Made by a program: the position numbers and the translations under genes. Source: Heterodontus francisci (taxonomy: Eukaryota). From it: DNA of 64,000 bases. Below, piece by piece: positions 23,050-34,710 of the stretch. The stretch lies in assembly GCF_036365525.1 (NCBI RefSeq), contig NC_090399.1:49570430-49634429 (forward strand), read 5' to 3'. The notes under the pieces were generated by a model, which was given only the letters and a program-made list of their open reading frames with translations, did not search any database and was not told the DNA's origin. How positions within the stretch are numbered: the first letter of the stretch is position 1; every line of letters begins with the position of its first letter.

Positions 23050-25447
23050 AGTTTTTTTAATTTCATGGGATGTAGGCATCACTGGCTGGGCCAGCATTTG
23101 TTGCCGATCCGTAATTGTCCTTGAGAAGGGGGTGGTGAGCTGCCTTCTTGAAATGCTGCAGTACATCTGGTGTAGGTACACCCGCAGTACTGTTACGAAG
23201 GGAGTTCCAGGATTTTGATCCAGCGACACTGAAGAAACAGCGATATAGTTCCAAGTCAGGGTGGTGTGTGGCTTGGGGGGGATCTTGGAGATTGGTTCCC
23301 ATGCATCTGCTGACCTTGTCCTTCTAGATGGACATTGTCACAGGTTTGAAAGGTGCTGTCTAAGCAGCCTTGGTGCGTTGCTGCAATGCATCTTGTATAT
23401 GGTACACACTGCTTCCACTGTGCACCAGTGGTGAAGGGAGTTAATGTTTAAGGTGGTAGATGGGGGTGCTGATCAAGCAGGTTGCTTTGTCCTGGACGGT
23501 GTCGAGCTTTCTGAGTGTTATTGGAGCTGCATCAATCCAGACAAGTGCAGAGTATTCCATCACACTTCTGACTTGTGCCTTGTAGATGATGGACAGGCTT
23601 TGGGGAGTCAGGAGGTTGGTTACTCACCACAGAACCCCCAGACTCTGACCTGCTCTGACAGCCACAGTATTTAAGTGGCTACTCCAGTACAGTTCCTGGT
23701 CAATGGTAAGCCCCAGGATGTTGATAGTGGGGGATTCAGCAATGGTAATGCTGTTGAATGTCAAGGCGAAATGGTTAGATTCTCTCTTGTTCGAGATTAA
23801 ATTTGCCTGGCACTTGTGTGGCACAAATGTTACTTGCCACTTATCAGCTCAAGCCTGGATGTTGTCCAGGTCTTGCTGCATATGGACATGGACTGCTTCA
23901 GTATCTGAGCAGTTGAGACTGGTACTGAAAATGGTACAATCATCAGAGAACATCCCCACTTCTGAACCTATGATAGAGGGAAGATCATTGGTGAAGCGGC
24001 TGGAGATGTTTGGGCCGAGGACACTACCCTGAGGAACTCCTGCAGTGGTGTCCTGGAGCTGAGATGATTGACCTCCAACGACCAGAACCATCTTCCTTTG
24101 TGCTACGTATCACTCCAACCAGTGATGCATTTCCCCCAATTTCCATTGACGTCAATTTGGCTAGGGCTCCTTGATGCCATACTCAGTTGAACGCTGCCTT
24201 GATGTCAAGGGCAGTCACCCTCATCGCACCTCTGGAATTCAGCTCTTTTGTCCATGTTTGAACCAAGGCTGTAATGAGGTCAGGAGCTGAGTGGCCCTGG
24301 CGAAACCCAAACTGAGCCTCAGTGAGCAGGTTATTGCTGTGTAAGTGCCGCTTGATAGCACTGTCGACACACATTCCATCACATTGCTGATGAGCAAGAG
24401 TAGACTGATGGGATGGTAATGGACCAGATCAGATTTGCCCTCCTTTTTGTGAACAGGACATACCTGGGCAATCTTCCACATTGTCGGTTAGATGCTAGTG
24501 TTGCGGCTGCATTGGAACAGCTTGGCTAGGGGCACAGCCAATTCTGCAGCACAAGTCTTCAGTACTGCAGCCAGAATGTTGTCAGGGTCCATAGCCTTTG
24601 CTGTATCCAGTGCCTTTAGACATTTCTTGCTATCGTGTGAAGTGAATCGAATTCGTGGAAGACTGGCACTTGTGATGCTGGGGACCTCAGGAGAAGGCTG
24701 AGATGGTTCATGCACTTGCCATTCGTTGCCCATACCTAATTGCCCTTGACAACTGAGTGGCTTGCTAGGCCATTTCAGAGGGCAGTTAAGAGTCAACCAC
24801 GTTGCTGTGGGTCTGGAGTCACATGTAGGCCAGAGCAGGTAAGGACGGCAGATTTCCTTCCCTAAAGGACATTCGTAAACCAGATGGGTTTTTACAACAA
24901 TCGATTATAGTTTCATGGCACCATTACTAATGTAATTAGTTTTCAATTGCCAGCTGCCAAGGTGGAATTTGAACCCATGTCCCCAGAGCATTAGCCTGGG
25001 CTTCTGAATTACCAATTCAGTGACATTACCACTTAGCCACCATCTCCCCTATATATATGCTGGGTCATGAGGTTACAGAGTGTGGTTGAATATATTTCTG
25101 CTGCTGCTGATGTCCACAGTGCCTCATGGATGCCCAGTTTTGAGCTCCCAGATTTGTTCTGAATCTATCCCATTTCTCACAGTGGTAGTGCCACACAACA
25201 CGATGGGCAGTATTTGCAGTGTGAAGATGGGACATCATTTTCACAAGGATTGTGCAGTGGTCACTCCTATCAATACTGTCATGGAGAGATGTACCTGTCA
25301 CAGTTGGATGGGTGAGGACAAGGTCTTGTAGGTGTTTCCCTCTTGTTGGTTCCCTCACCACCTTCTGCAGGCCCAGTCTGGCAGCTATGTCTCCAGGGCT
25401 CAGCCAGCTCGGTCTGTAGTGGGGTTACCAAGCCACTCTTGGTAATG
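23050..25447 (-). mobile_element. tRNA-headed LINE family copy C (5'-truncated within EN), interrupted by its derived SINE
   Basis: [23 protein letters not shown]; same 3' tail as copy A. Confidence 0.9.
24718..25049 (-). mobile_element. Bipartite tRNA-derived SINE (LINE 5' head fused to LINE 3' tail)
   Basis: - strand: tRNA-like head, leader ending GCCACTCAGTTG, joined directly to TCAAGGGCAATTAGGTATGGGCAA (the LINE 3' tail). Confidence 0.85.
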
Positions 25448-25596
25448 CTCTAGAAACAGAACTTGAGAAATCCCTGTCATACAGTTCTGCTTCCCCTCAA
25501 GGCTAGTTCTCGTCTGCTGGAGTTATTCATACTCACAGTTCACCCTCTCCCTTTCTACTTAGTTACTTAATTCCATGTGAGCAGCTTACACATGAA

Positions 25597-26095
25597 CCAT
25601 AGAAACATAGAAAAATTACAGCACAGAAAAAGGCCATTCAGCCCATTGTGTCTGTGCCAGCCGAAAACTAACCACCCAATCTAAATCCACCTTCCAGCAC
25701 CTGGTCCATTGCCTTGCCCCCAGCACTTCAGATGCATGTCCAGGTATTTTTTTAAAGATTTGAGGGTTTCTGCCTCCACCACCATCACTTGCAGTGAATT
25801 CCAGACACCCACCACCCTCTGGGTGAAAAAGTTTTTCCTGATGTCCCCTCTAATCCTTCTACCAATCACCTTAAATCTGTGCTCCCTGGTAATTGACCTC
25901 TCTGCTAGTGGAAACAGGTCCTTCCTGTCTACTCTATCTAGGCCCCTCATAACTTTGTACACCTCAATTAAGTCACCCCTCAGCCTCCCCTGTTCTAAGG
26001 AAAACAACCCTAGCTGATCCTTTCTTTCCTCATAGCTGCAACTTTCAAGCCATGGCAACATTCTTGTAAATCTCATCTGCACTTTCTCTGGAGCA
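25597..26095 (-). mobile_element. CR1 3' fragment
   Basis: LGLFSLEQGRLRGDLIEVYK, FFTQRVVGVWNSL; tail of (ttctatg)-like repeats. Confidence 0.92.
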
Positions 26096-26504
26096 AAGGA
26101 TCAAAGGTGATGGTTATACCACATGACGAATGAATGTGTACCTCTGCTATATATGGTTATTTTAACAGAGGCCTGTATTTAGGGTTAGCAAAAGATCAGA
26201 CACATTTGCTGAAAATTAGAGATGTGTTTATTGCCTAAAGCAAATATAATCAGAAAACTTTCAGCCCTAGAACAAACCCCAAGAGCAGTAATAATTCTCC
26301 ACACTGTGCTCTACAGTACAAAGGTCTGGGAGGGTGTGGCACCCTTACTGGAGAGAGATCAAAAATCATAAAAATTCTTAGTTATTCCCAACCCTCTCAG
26401 GGATCCCTCTATGCGGTGATTCTCTGGGCTTTAAAACCACGCAGGCCACCGGCACCTGAAATAAATGGCACCCAGTTATAAAATCCCGACTGTACGATGT
26501 AATC

Positions 26505-26700
26505 CCTCACCAGCACCATCAAAACAGATGATCTGATCATCATCATATTGCTGCTTCTGGGATCTTGCTGTGCGCAAATTGGCTGCCACATTTCAGACTA
26601 CAGCCGCTACACTTTTGAAAAGGACTTCATTGGCTGTAAAGCACTTTGGAACATCCTGAGATTGTGAAAGGCGCCATATAAATGCAAGTCTTTCTTTCCC
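26505..26700 (+). mobile_element. DeuSINE-family SINE, 3' half
   Basis: ttgctgtgcgcaaattggctgcc...ttcattggctgtaaagcactttgg...tataaatgcaagtctttcttt matches the Deu-domain plus tail pattern as I recall it. Confidence 0.75.
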
Positions 26701-26849
26701 TCTTTCTTATACATGGAGCAGTAACAGGTGCTGAAAGCTGCCTTCGGTGTGTTCACCCCGAACAGGGAGAGACTGTGACCAGCACTCAGTGAGCTGGGCT
26801 CGATCGTGCCTTTTCTTGACAATGGGCCAGTTGGCAGCCTGCTTCACAT

Positions 26850-26952
26850 GTGTTCATATGAAGGGTCACAGACCTGAAACGTTAACTCTGTTTCTCTCTG
26901 CACAGATGCTGCCAGACCTGCTAATGATTTCCACCACTTCCTGTTCTCATTT
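26850..26952 (+). mobile_element. Penelope-type terminal-repeat fragment
   Basis: atgaagggtcacagacctgaaacgttaactctgtttctctc...cagatgctgccagacctgct. Confidence 0.7.
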
Positions 26953-26989
26953 CACATCCCTCCGGATTTGTCATCCCATTTTAATCAAC

Positions 26990-27412
26990 ACGAAGAGAGA
27001 TTGGGGAAACTGGGCCTGTATTCTCTAGTTTTGAAGAAGGAGAGGTGATCTCATTGAAACCTACAAAATACTTATAGGGATAGACAGGGTAGATGCAGGT
27101 AAGAAGTTTCCCCTGGTTGGGGAGTCTAGAACCAGGGACACAATTTCAAAATAAGGGGGAAGCCACTTAGGACCGAGATGAGGAGAAATTTCTTTACTCA
27201 GAGGGTTGTGAATCTTTGGAATTCTCTACCCCAGAGGGTTGTGGAAGCTCAGTCATTGAGTATGTTTAAAACAGAGATTGACAGATTTCTAAATACAAAT
27301 GACATAAGGGGATATGGGGATAGTGTGGGAAAAAGTTATTGAAGTGGATGATTAGCCACGATCATATCGTATGGCTGGGCAGGCCAACTCCTGCACCTAT
27401 GTTCCTAAGTTC
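26990..27412 (+). mobile_element. CR1 3' fragment
   Basis: GDLIETYKIL.GIDRVDAG, FFTQRVVNLWNSLP; CR1 tail. Confidence 0.9.
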
Positions 27413-27711
27413 CCAACAGAAGGTGAAAACAGAAAGATGTAAAACATGACACCAGCGCACACGATCAGAATTACCCCAAGTTAAAACTACACATGTTGGG
27501 AATCTGCGATGTAAGAAAAAGCAGAGAGTGGTGCAAATATGCAGCAGATCAGTCTGAAAGAAATAGACAGATTAATCGCTTCACTTCCATACAAACTAAT
27601 CAGCTTTGTATAACACTTGATATCACCCACAGGCCGCCAGTCTGTTACAGTCTGTGATCAAATGGTGAATGTGTAAGACGTTAAATAATGCAACGAGAAC
27701 TGGTTACTTAC

Positions 27712-27784
27712 CAGACAGAGCTGTCCGGACGCGGTAGAAACTCAGTACAAGTGATAGAAACATACGGCCTGTTCCCCCTGCCAT
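27712..27784 (-). CDS. MHC class I(-like) exon 1 (signal peptide)
   Basis: ATG in strong Kozak context (gagATGG), MAGGTGRMFLSLVLSFYRVRTALS, then G|gtaagt; the phase-1 G joins AG of exon 2 to give GAG (Glu) in frame; further in-frame ATGs at 27820 and 27763; directly downstream of an X-Y box module. Confidence 0.8.
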
Positions 27785-27864
27785 CTCCACGAGCGAGAAT
27801 GCGGAACAATGAATGACCATGAGCTGAACTTCACTCACAAGTGGGCAGTGAGACAGCTCACAGT

Positions 27865-27915
27865 CCAATCACCACAAAAAGAAATGGTTCGTCACTGGTT
27901 TCCAAGGGGTCTCCC
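27865..27915 (-). promoter_or_regulatory. MHC-type proximal promoter: kB-like site, X1 (RFX), X2 (CRE half-site), Y box (inverted CCAAT)
   Basis: - strand GGGAGACCCC (27915-27906), CCTTGGAAACCAG (27907-27895), TGACG (27894-27890), ATTGG (27869-27865). Confidence 0.75.
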
Positions 27916-27950
27916 TGAACCCTGAGCAGCTCCGCAACAGACTTGCACTC

Positions 27951-28133
27951 AAAATAAAAGACACTGCGGATGCTGGAAATCTGAAATAAAACCAGAAAGT
28001 GCTGGAAATCCTCAACAGGTCTGACGGCATCTGTGGACAGAGAGAAGCAGAGTTAACGTTTCAGGTCTGTGACCAGCATCCCAGATGCTGATAGACCTGC
28101 TGAGGGTTTCCAGCACTTTCTGGTTTTATTTCA
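27951..28133. repeat. Penelope-derived inverted repeat
   Basis: 52-bp arms 27982-28033 and 28082-28133 with 5 mismatches. Confidence 0.85.
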
Positions 28134-28901
28134 CACTCACTCACACTGATGAGAGTTGCTTGCCTGGTACAGTGCAGGGAGAGTTTAAGCACCATCAGAT
28201 GATCATTAACACCCTTGGGAAGGCACGTCAACTTACTGACGCAATGATTCAGAACAGCAAAGGCCCACGCCAGCTTGGCGCCATTTCCACAGCCACTCCA
28301 AAAGAATGTGTAACCTGCGCCGATTTACTTGAGCGGACCCTCCTCGGGGAGATGAGTCTCACTGAGGGCTGTGATCGGGACATTGTCCCGAGCCAACTCT
28401 CTATCAACAAGAGCAGTTCTTGCCTCAGGTCTGTCAACTGTGGTGTTGTCCATGAGGTTCCACAACTTCCATGTACCAACGGTGATCGGTGCCACCCTTA
28501 CTTTCTTTTCGGAGATTGACTTATGACCGCGTTGATGGGATCCCCTGCTGCCCAGGGTAGGTGAAGCAGACAATGCTAAGGGCACTTTTTCTAGCCCGAC
28601 CTCTTTCTTGGGAGGTGAGCATTGTGGTCCTGTGAAGGGCAGCTCAGTTCCACTACTGCTTCCTTCTCGTGAAAAACAACCCTGTAGCATGGGCTGCCTG
28701 CAAGCAGGTTCAAGGCTAAAGGCGCCAGTAAATCCACACCTGCTGCTATGTCGTTCACCCATCACCAGAGGGTTTGTGACAGATGGATAATGGATGACAG
28801 ATAAAGAAATATGATGAACATGACTAGAGCGTGAATTGGATTTTAGTAAGGGAGAGTTGTGCATCGTCAGCCTCCCTCCCTGAATCCCCCATGGGCGCAG
28901 T

Positions 28902-29228
28902 GGGCGGCACAGTGGCGCAGTGGTTAGCACCGCAGCCTCACAGCTCCAGCAACCCGGGTTCGATTCTGGGTACTGTCTGTGCGAAGTTTGAAAGTTCTCC
29001 CTGTGACCGCGTGGGTTTCCGCCGGGTACTCCGGTTTCCTCCCACAGCCAAAGACTTGCAGGTTGATAGGTAAATTGGCCATTGTAAATTGCCCCTAGAG
29101 TAAGTAGGTGGTGGGAGAATATGGGATTAATGTAGGATTAGTATAAAATGGGTGGTTGATGGTCAGCTCAGACATGTTTCAGTGCTGTATCTCTAAATAA
29201 AAATAAATAAATAAATAAAAATAAAAAA
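28902..29228 (+). mobile_element. HE1-like tRNA-derived V-SINE
   Basis: A box TGGCGCAGTGG, B box GGTTCGATTC; V-domain gttctccctgtgaccgcgtgggtttcc...ccggtttcctcccaca; (TAAA)n tail. Confidence 0.9.
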
Positions 29229-29898
29229 CTATCAACATCCTGGGGGCTACCATTAACTAGAAACTGAACTGGACCAGCCATATATATTTCGTGGCTTCAC
29301 GAGCAGGTCAGAGTCTAGGCATCCTGCAGCGAGTAACTCACCTCCTGTCTCCCAAAGCCTACCATCCACAAGGCACAAGTCAGGAGTGTGATGGAATACT
29401 CTCCACTTGCCTGGATGGGTGCAGCTCCACAAACACTCAAGAAGCTCAACAACATCACCCAGGACAAAGCAGCCCACTTGAATAGCACCCCATTCACAAG
29501 CATGCACTCCCTGGACCACAGACGCACAGTAGCAGCAGTGTGTACCATCAACAAGATGCACTGTAGCAATGCACCAAGGCTCATTCGACAGCACCTTACA
29601 AACCCATGACCTCTACCACCTGGAAGGACAAGGGCAGCAGTTGCATGGGAATACCACCACCTGCATGTTCCCCTCACACACCATCCTGAATTGGAACTAT
29701 ATCACTGTTCCTTCACTGTCGCTGGGTCAAAATCCAGGGCCTCCCTTCCTGACAGCACTGTGGGTGAACCGACCACACGTGGACTGCAGCATTTCAAGAA
29801 GGCAGCTCACCACCACCTTCTCAAGGGCAATTAGAAATGGGTAATAAATGCTGTCCTAGCCAGCGATGCCCACATCCTATGAACAAATTATTAAAAAA
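29229..29898 (+). mobile_element. tRNA-headed LINE family 3' fragment (copy D), inserted at the SINE tail
   Basis: MEYSPLAWMGAAP..HRRTVAAVCTI; family 3' tail; taaaaaact on both sides. Confidence 0.88.
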
Positions 29899-30369
29899 CT
29901 CTCTCTCATCCTGACCTATCTTGGTCCACTGGCAGGATGAGTCTAGATGGCCGGATAGATCCAGTTGCAATGGGAGACCAGGTCATCTTCTGTGTCTTGT
30001 CCAGCTGTACGTGTTCACAACACACTGCTGAATCCCCTTCAGGGTCCTTCGACCTTAGATTGGGCTCATCTGTCCAACCCACCCGAATCAGTCTTTGCAT
30101 GCCGGGGAGATAAACCCCAATTCGCCAAGGGTAGCACCTCTCACAGGTGGGAAGGCTGCACTCCTTGGAGTGGCTCGTCCTCTATTGGTCCTCATCGTCA
30201 CCCAGCTGTACCTGCGGCTCCAAGCAACTGTTAGCATGGAACAGCGGCCACAGCCCAGTAAACCACTTGAACATGTGGCCAAATTAGGCAAGGATAGCCA
30301 TCAGGAATGGACAGTAATTTGCAGGCGCAGAAGGGCATTACTGTTTCACTCTAACCTTTAGTTGTCCCA

Positions 30370-30570
30370 GCTGACGAGTAAATGTATTTAAGGAGGAGGT
30401 AGATAGATTTTGAAATCTCGGGGAGTTGACGGTTAGGCAGAGCAAGCCCGAAAGAGATGTTGAGGACTGGGACAGATCAGCCATGATCTTTATTGAATGG
30501 CAGGGCAGGCTTGAGGGGCTGAATGGCCTCCTCCTGATCCAATTTCTTATGTTCATTTGTTCTTATGTTC
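30370..30570 (+). mobile_element. CR1 3' tail
   Basis: gatcagccatgatct...ggctgaatggcctcctcctg...ttcttatgttc. Confidence 0.8.
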
Positions 30571-30601
30571 CCGTGATCCTTTTGCACTGAAAAATCTGAG
30601 A

Positions 30602-33288
30602 TTCTTGAGTGTTGTTAGAGCTGCACCCATCAGGCAAGTGGAAAGTATTCCATCACGCTCCTCACTTGTAGATGGTGGACAGGCTTTGTGGAGTCAAGAG
30701 GTGAGTTGTTTGCTGCAGGATTCCTAGGAGCTTGTGGACTGATGGTTTACTAAAAATAAAGCATTCACATTTACTCTACTCTACAACAACAAATGTACTG
30801 CATTATTTTGTGCTTCTGTGAAGTAAAATCAAACCATTAAAATATAAAGTCAAAGTGCTGTGCAAAAATAAGGAAGTAGTGACCTTGAAATGGGAACTGA
30901 AAAATTCCAGACAAAACACGTCATTCTCCAACCAGATTAATTTGTTCGCTCCCTACAGTACCCTAAATCTTACTGCATAACTACATTTTTTTTTCATTCA
31001 TTCATGGGATGTGGGCATAGCTGGCCAGGACACCATTTATTGCCCATCCCTAGTTGTCCTTGAGAAGGTGGTGGTGAGCTGCCTTCTTGAACTGCTGCAG
31101 TCATGTGGGGTAGGTACACCCACAGTGCTGTTAGGAAGGGAGTTCCAGGATTTTGACCCAGCGACAGTGAAGGAACGGCGATATAGTTCCAAGTCACGAT
31201 GGTGTGTGACTTGGAGGGGAACTTGCAGGTGGTGGTGTTCCCATGCATTTGCTGCCCTGGTCTTTCTAGTTGGTAGAGGTTACGGGTTTGGAAGGTGCTG
31301 TCTAAGGAGCCTTGGTGCATTGCTACAATGCATCTTGTAGATGGTACACACTGTTGCCACTGTGCATCGGTGGTGGAGGGAGTGAATGTAGTGAATGGGT
31401 GCCAATTAAGCGGGCTGCTTTGTCCTGGATGGTGTCGAGCTTCTTGAGTGTTGTTGGAGCTGCACCCATCAGGCAAGTTGAAAGTATTCCATCACACTCC
31501 TCACTTGTGCCTTGTAGATGGTGGACAGGCTTTGGGGAGTCAAGAAGTGAGTTACTTGCTGCAGGATTCCTAGTCTCTGACCTGCTATTGTAGCCACGGT
31601 ATTTATATGGCTACTCCATTTCAGTTTCTGGTCAATGGTAACCCCTAGGCTGTTGATAGTGGGAGATTCAGCGATTGTAATGCCATTGAATATCAAGGGG
31701 AGATGGTTAGATTCTCTCTTGTTGGAGATGGTCATTGCCTGGCACTTGTGTGGCACGAATGTTACTTGCCACTTATCAGCCCAAGCCTGGATATCGTCCA
31801 GGTCTTGCTGCGTTTCGACACAGACTGTTTCAGCATCTGAGGAGTTGTGAATGATGCTGTACATTGTGCAATCATCAGCGAACATCCCCACTTCTGAACT
31901 TATGATTGAAGCAAGGTCATTGATGAAGCAGATGAAGATGGTTGGGCCTGGGACACTACCCTGAGGAATTCCTGCAGTGATGTCCTGGAGCTCAGATGAT
32001 TGACCTTCTACAACCACAACCATCTTCCTTTGTGCTAGGTATGACTCCAACCAGTGGAGGGTTTTCCCATTGACCTCAGTTTTGCTGGGGCTCCTCGATG
32101 CCATACTCGGTCAAATGCCGCCTTGATGTCAGGGCAGTCACTCTCACCTCACCTCTTGAGTTCAGTTCTTTTATCCATGTTTGAACCAAGGCTGTAATGA
32201 GGTCAGGAGCTGAATGGCCCTGGTGGAAACCAAACTGAGTGTCTCTGAGAAGGTTATTGTTAAGCAAGTGTCGCTTGATGGCACTGTACTTGGCACCTTC
32301 CATCACTTTAGGATGATTGAGTGACTGATGGAGCAGTAATTGGCCGGGTTGGACTAGTCCTGCTTTTTATGTACAGGACATACCTGGACAATTTTCCACA
32401 TTGCCGGGTAGATGCCAATGTTGTAGCTGCCCTGGAACAGCTTGGTTAGGGGCACAGCAAGTTCTTGAGCACAAGTCTTCAGTACTATTGCCGGAATATT
32501 GGCAGGGCCCATAGCCTTTGCAGTATCTAGTGCCTTGAGTCATTTCTTGATATTACGCGGAGTGAATCGAATTGGCTGAAGTCTGGCATCTGTGATGCTG
32601 GGAACTTCAAGAGGAGGCTGAGATGGATTATCAACTCGGCACTTCTGGCTGAAGATAGTTGCAAATGTTTTAGCCTTATCTTTCGCACTGATGTGTTGGG
32701 CTCCCCCATCATTGAGGATGGGGATATTTGTGGAGCCACCTCCTCCAGTTAGTTATTTAATTGTCCACCATCATTCACGGCTGGATGTGTCAGGACTGCG
32801 GAGCTTGGATCTGATCCATTGGTTATGGGATCGCTTAGCTCTGCCTATCGCATGCTGTCTATGCTGTTTGGCATGCAAGTAGTCCTGTATTGTAGCTTCA
32901 CCACATTGACACCTCATTTTGAGGTATGCCTGGTGATGCTCCTGGCATGCCCTCCTGCACTCTTCATTGAACCAGGGCTGTTCTCCTGGCTTGATGGGTA
33001 ATGGTAGAGTGGGGGATATGCAGGGCCATGAGGTTACAGATTGTGGTTGAGTATAATTCTGCTGCTGCTGATGGCCCACAGTGCATCATGGATGTCCAGT
33101 TTTGCATTGCTCGATCTGTTCAAAATCTATCCCATTTAGCACGGTGGTAGTGCCACACAACACGATGTTCGGTATCCTCAATGTGAAGGTGAGATTTCGT
33201 CTCCACAAGGACTGTGCGGTGGTCACTTCAACCAATACTGTCATGGACAGATGCATCTGTGGCAGGCAGATTGGTGAGGACGAGGTCA
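30602..33288 (-). mobile_element. tRNA-headed LINE family copy F (30986-33288, 5'-truncated) plus short fragment E (30602-30728)
   Basis: GIPQGSVPGP, MFADD, family 3' tail at 30986; 30602-30728 duplicates ~31441-31572. Confidence 0.9.
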
Positions 33289-33559
33289 AAATACATATAA
33301 AAAAACAACAGTTTATATAAATAATGACAGTGGCATGAATTACAGATGGATGGAGATAAATTATGTCTGGGCACCTTGGCCCGCGTATCCCTAAATCACG
33401 AACCTGCCTACACTCGGTGCTAAATGTTCAACAGAAGGAAAATCGGACGGGTTCTGCAAACTGGGTTATTTATGGAGCCAGTGGGAGTCCCGACACTGGA
33501 TCACAAAGGCAAGGAGAACCCCACCTTGGCCCCTTGGAGACTCCCCAGCTCTATTATTA

Positions 33560-34128
33560 TATTCAAGTAAAAGGTGTTTTGGGTATCCGCATGCGTCCTG
33601 GGTATGCCTGCCTTTTTGTGGGATATGTTGAACATTCCTTTTTCCAGTCCTACTCAGGCCCTCTCCCTCACCTCTTTTTTCCAGTACATTAATAACTGTA
33701 TTGGTGTCACTTCCTGCTCTCGTCCAAACTGGAAAACTTCATCAACTTTGCTTCCAATTTCCACCCCTCTCCTACCTTTACATGGCCTATCTCCGACACT
33801 TCCCTTCCCTTCCTCGACTTCTCTGTCTCCATCTCTGGGGATAGGCTGTCTACTAATATCCATTATAAGTCCACCGACCCCCACGGCTACCTTGTCGACA
33901 CTTCCTCACACCCTGTTTCTTGTAAGCACCCCTATTCTCCCAGTTTCTCTGTATCCGATGCATCTGTTCTGATGATGCAACCCTCCACAACAACACTTCT
34001 GACATGTCTTCCTTTTTCCTCAAAAATGTTCTGTTGAAATGTTACGGATCTGAAAAGTTAACCCTGCTTCTCTCTCCATAGATGCAGCCTGATCTGCTGA
34101 GTATTTCCAGCACTTTCTGTTTTTACTT
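33560..34128 (+). mobile_element. Penelope-like element RT fragment followed by terminal repeat
   Basis: QVKGVLG.RMRPGYACLFVGYVEH, YINNCIG (YIDD-like), LPFLDFSVS, YKSTD..YL..SSHP. Confidence 0.85.
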
Positions 34129-34129
34129 C

Positions 34130-34710
34130 TATTTAACGGCACTCAGGCAATTAACTGCCCGGTGCCGAGATCCCCATCCCTTTAAGGACGGGGATCCCGC
34201 CTTCAAGAGCTGCCGGCCAATCAGAGGGGCTGGCAGCTCAGCAGTATCGGCAGCGCCATCAAGGGCAATGGCTTCTGCCAATATTATAAGAGGAGCAGGG
34301 CCAGGACCAGCGCTGCAGCTCGGGACCCCAGGTAAGTGTGGCAGGGGCCAGTTTGGCAGGCCCCGTCAAAGCGGGGAGAAGAGGGCAGGCCTTGAGGGCA
34401 AGGGGTGGTGGTGTTCTCAGAGGGGTAACCTTTGCCGCTGGGGGCCCTCCATGGGCCACAGATTGCCCATGGATGATTCCTCAGCCCACGCCCACATGGA
34501 GGCCATCTTGTTTTACTGGGCGACCTCTCCACACAGCAGGACTCCCACTAGAAGCTGGTAAAATACCAGCAGCCGCGAGAAGAGGCCCTTAAGTGACCAT
34601 TAAGGAAAGCCAACGGGCATTCCTCCCCCCACCTTCTGTCACTATTTTCTGTGTTCCACCCCCCCTCCGACTTCTGTTCCCTTCCCGAGAGGGCCCATAA
34701 AATTCCAGCC
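34130..34710. mobile_element. GC-rich MITE-like element, partial
   Basis: Similar to 9760-10524; ends cataaaattccagcc. Confidence 0.6.

Larger units (their letters stand above)
28140..30360 (-). mobile_element. RTE LINE 5' part (5' UTR + endonuclease N-terminus), interrupted by a SINE and LINE fragment
   Basis: TVGTWKLWNLMDN..DRPEARTALVDRELARDNVPITALSETHLPEEG..GYTFFWSG (28300-28490); extension to 29905-30360 is less certain. Confidence 0.65.
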
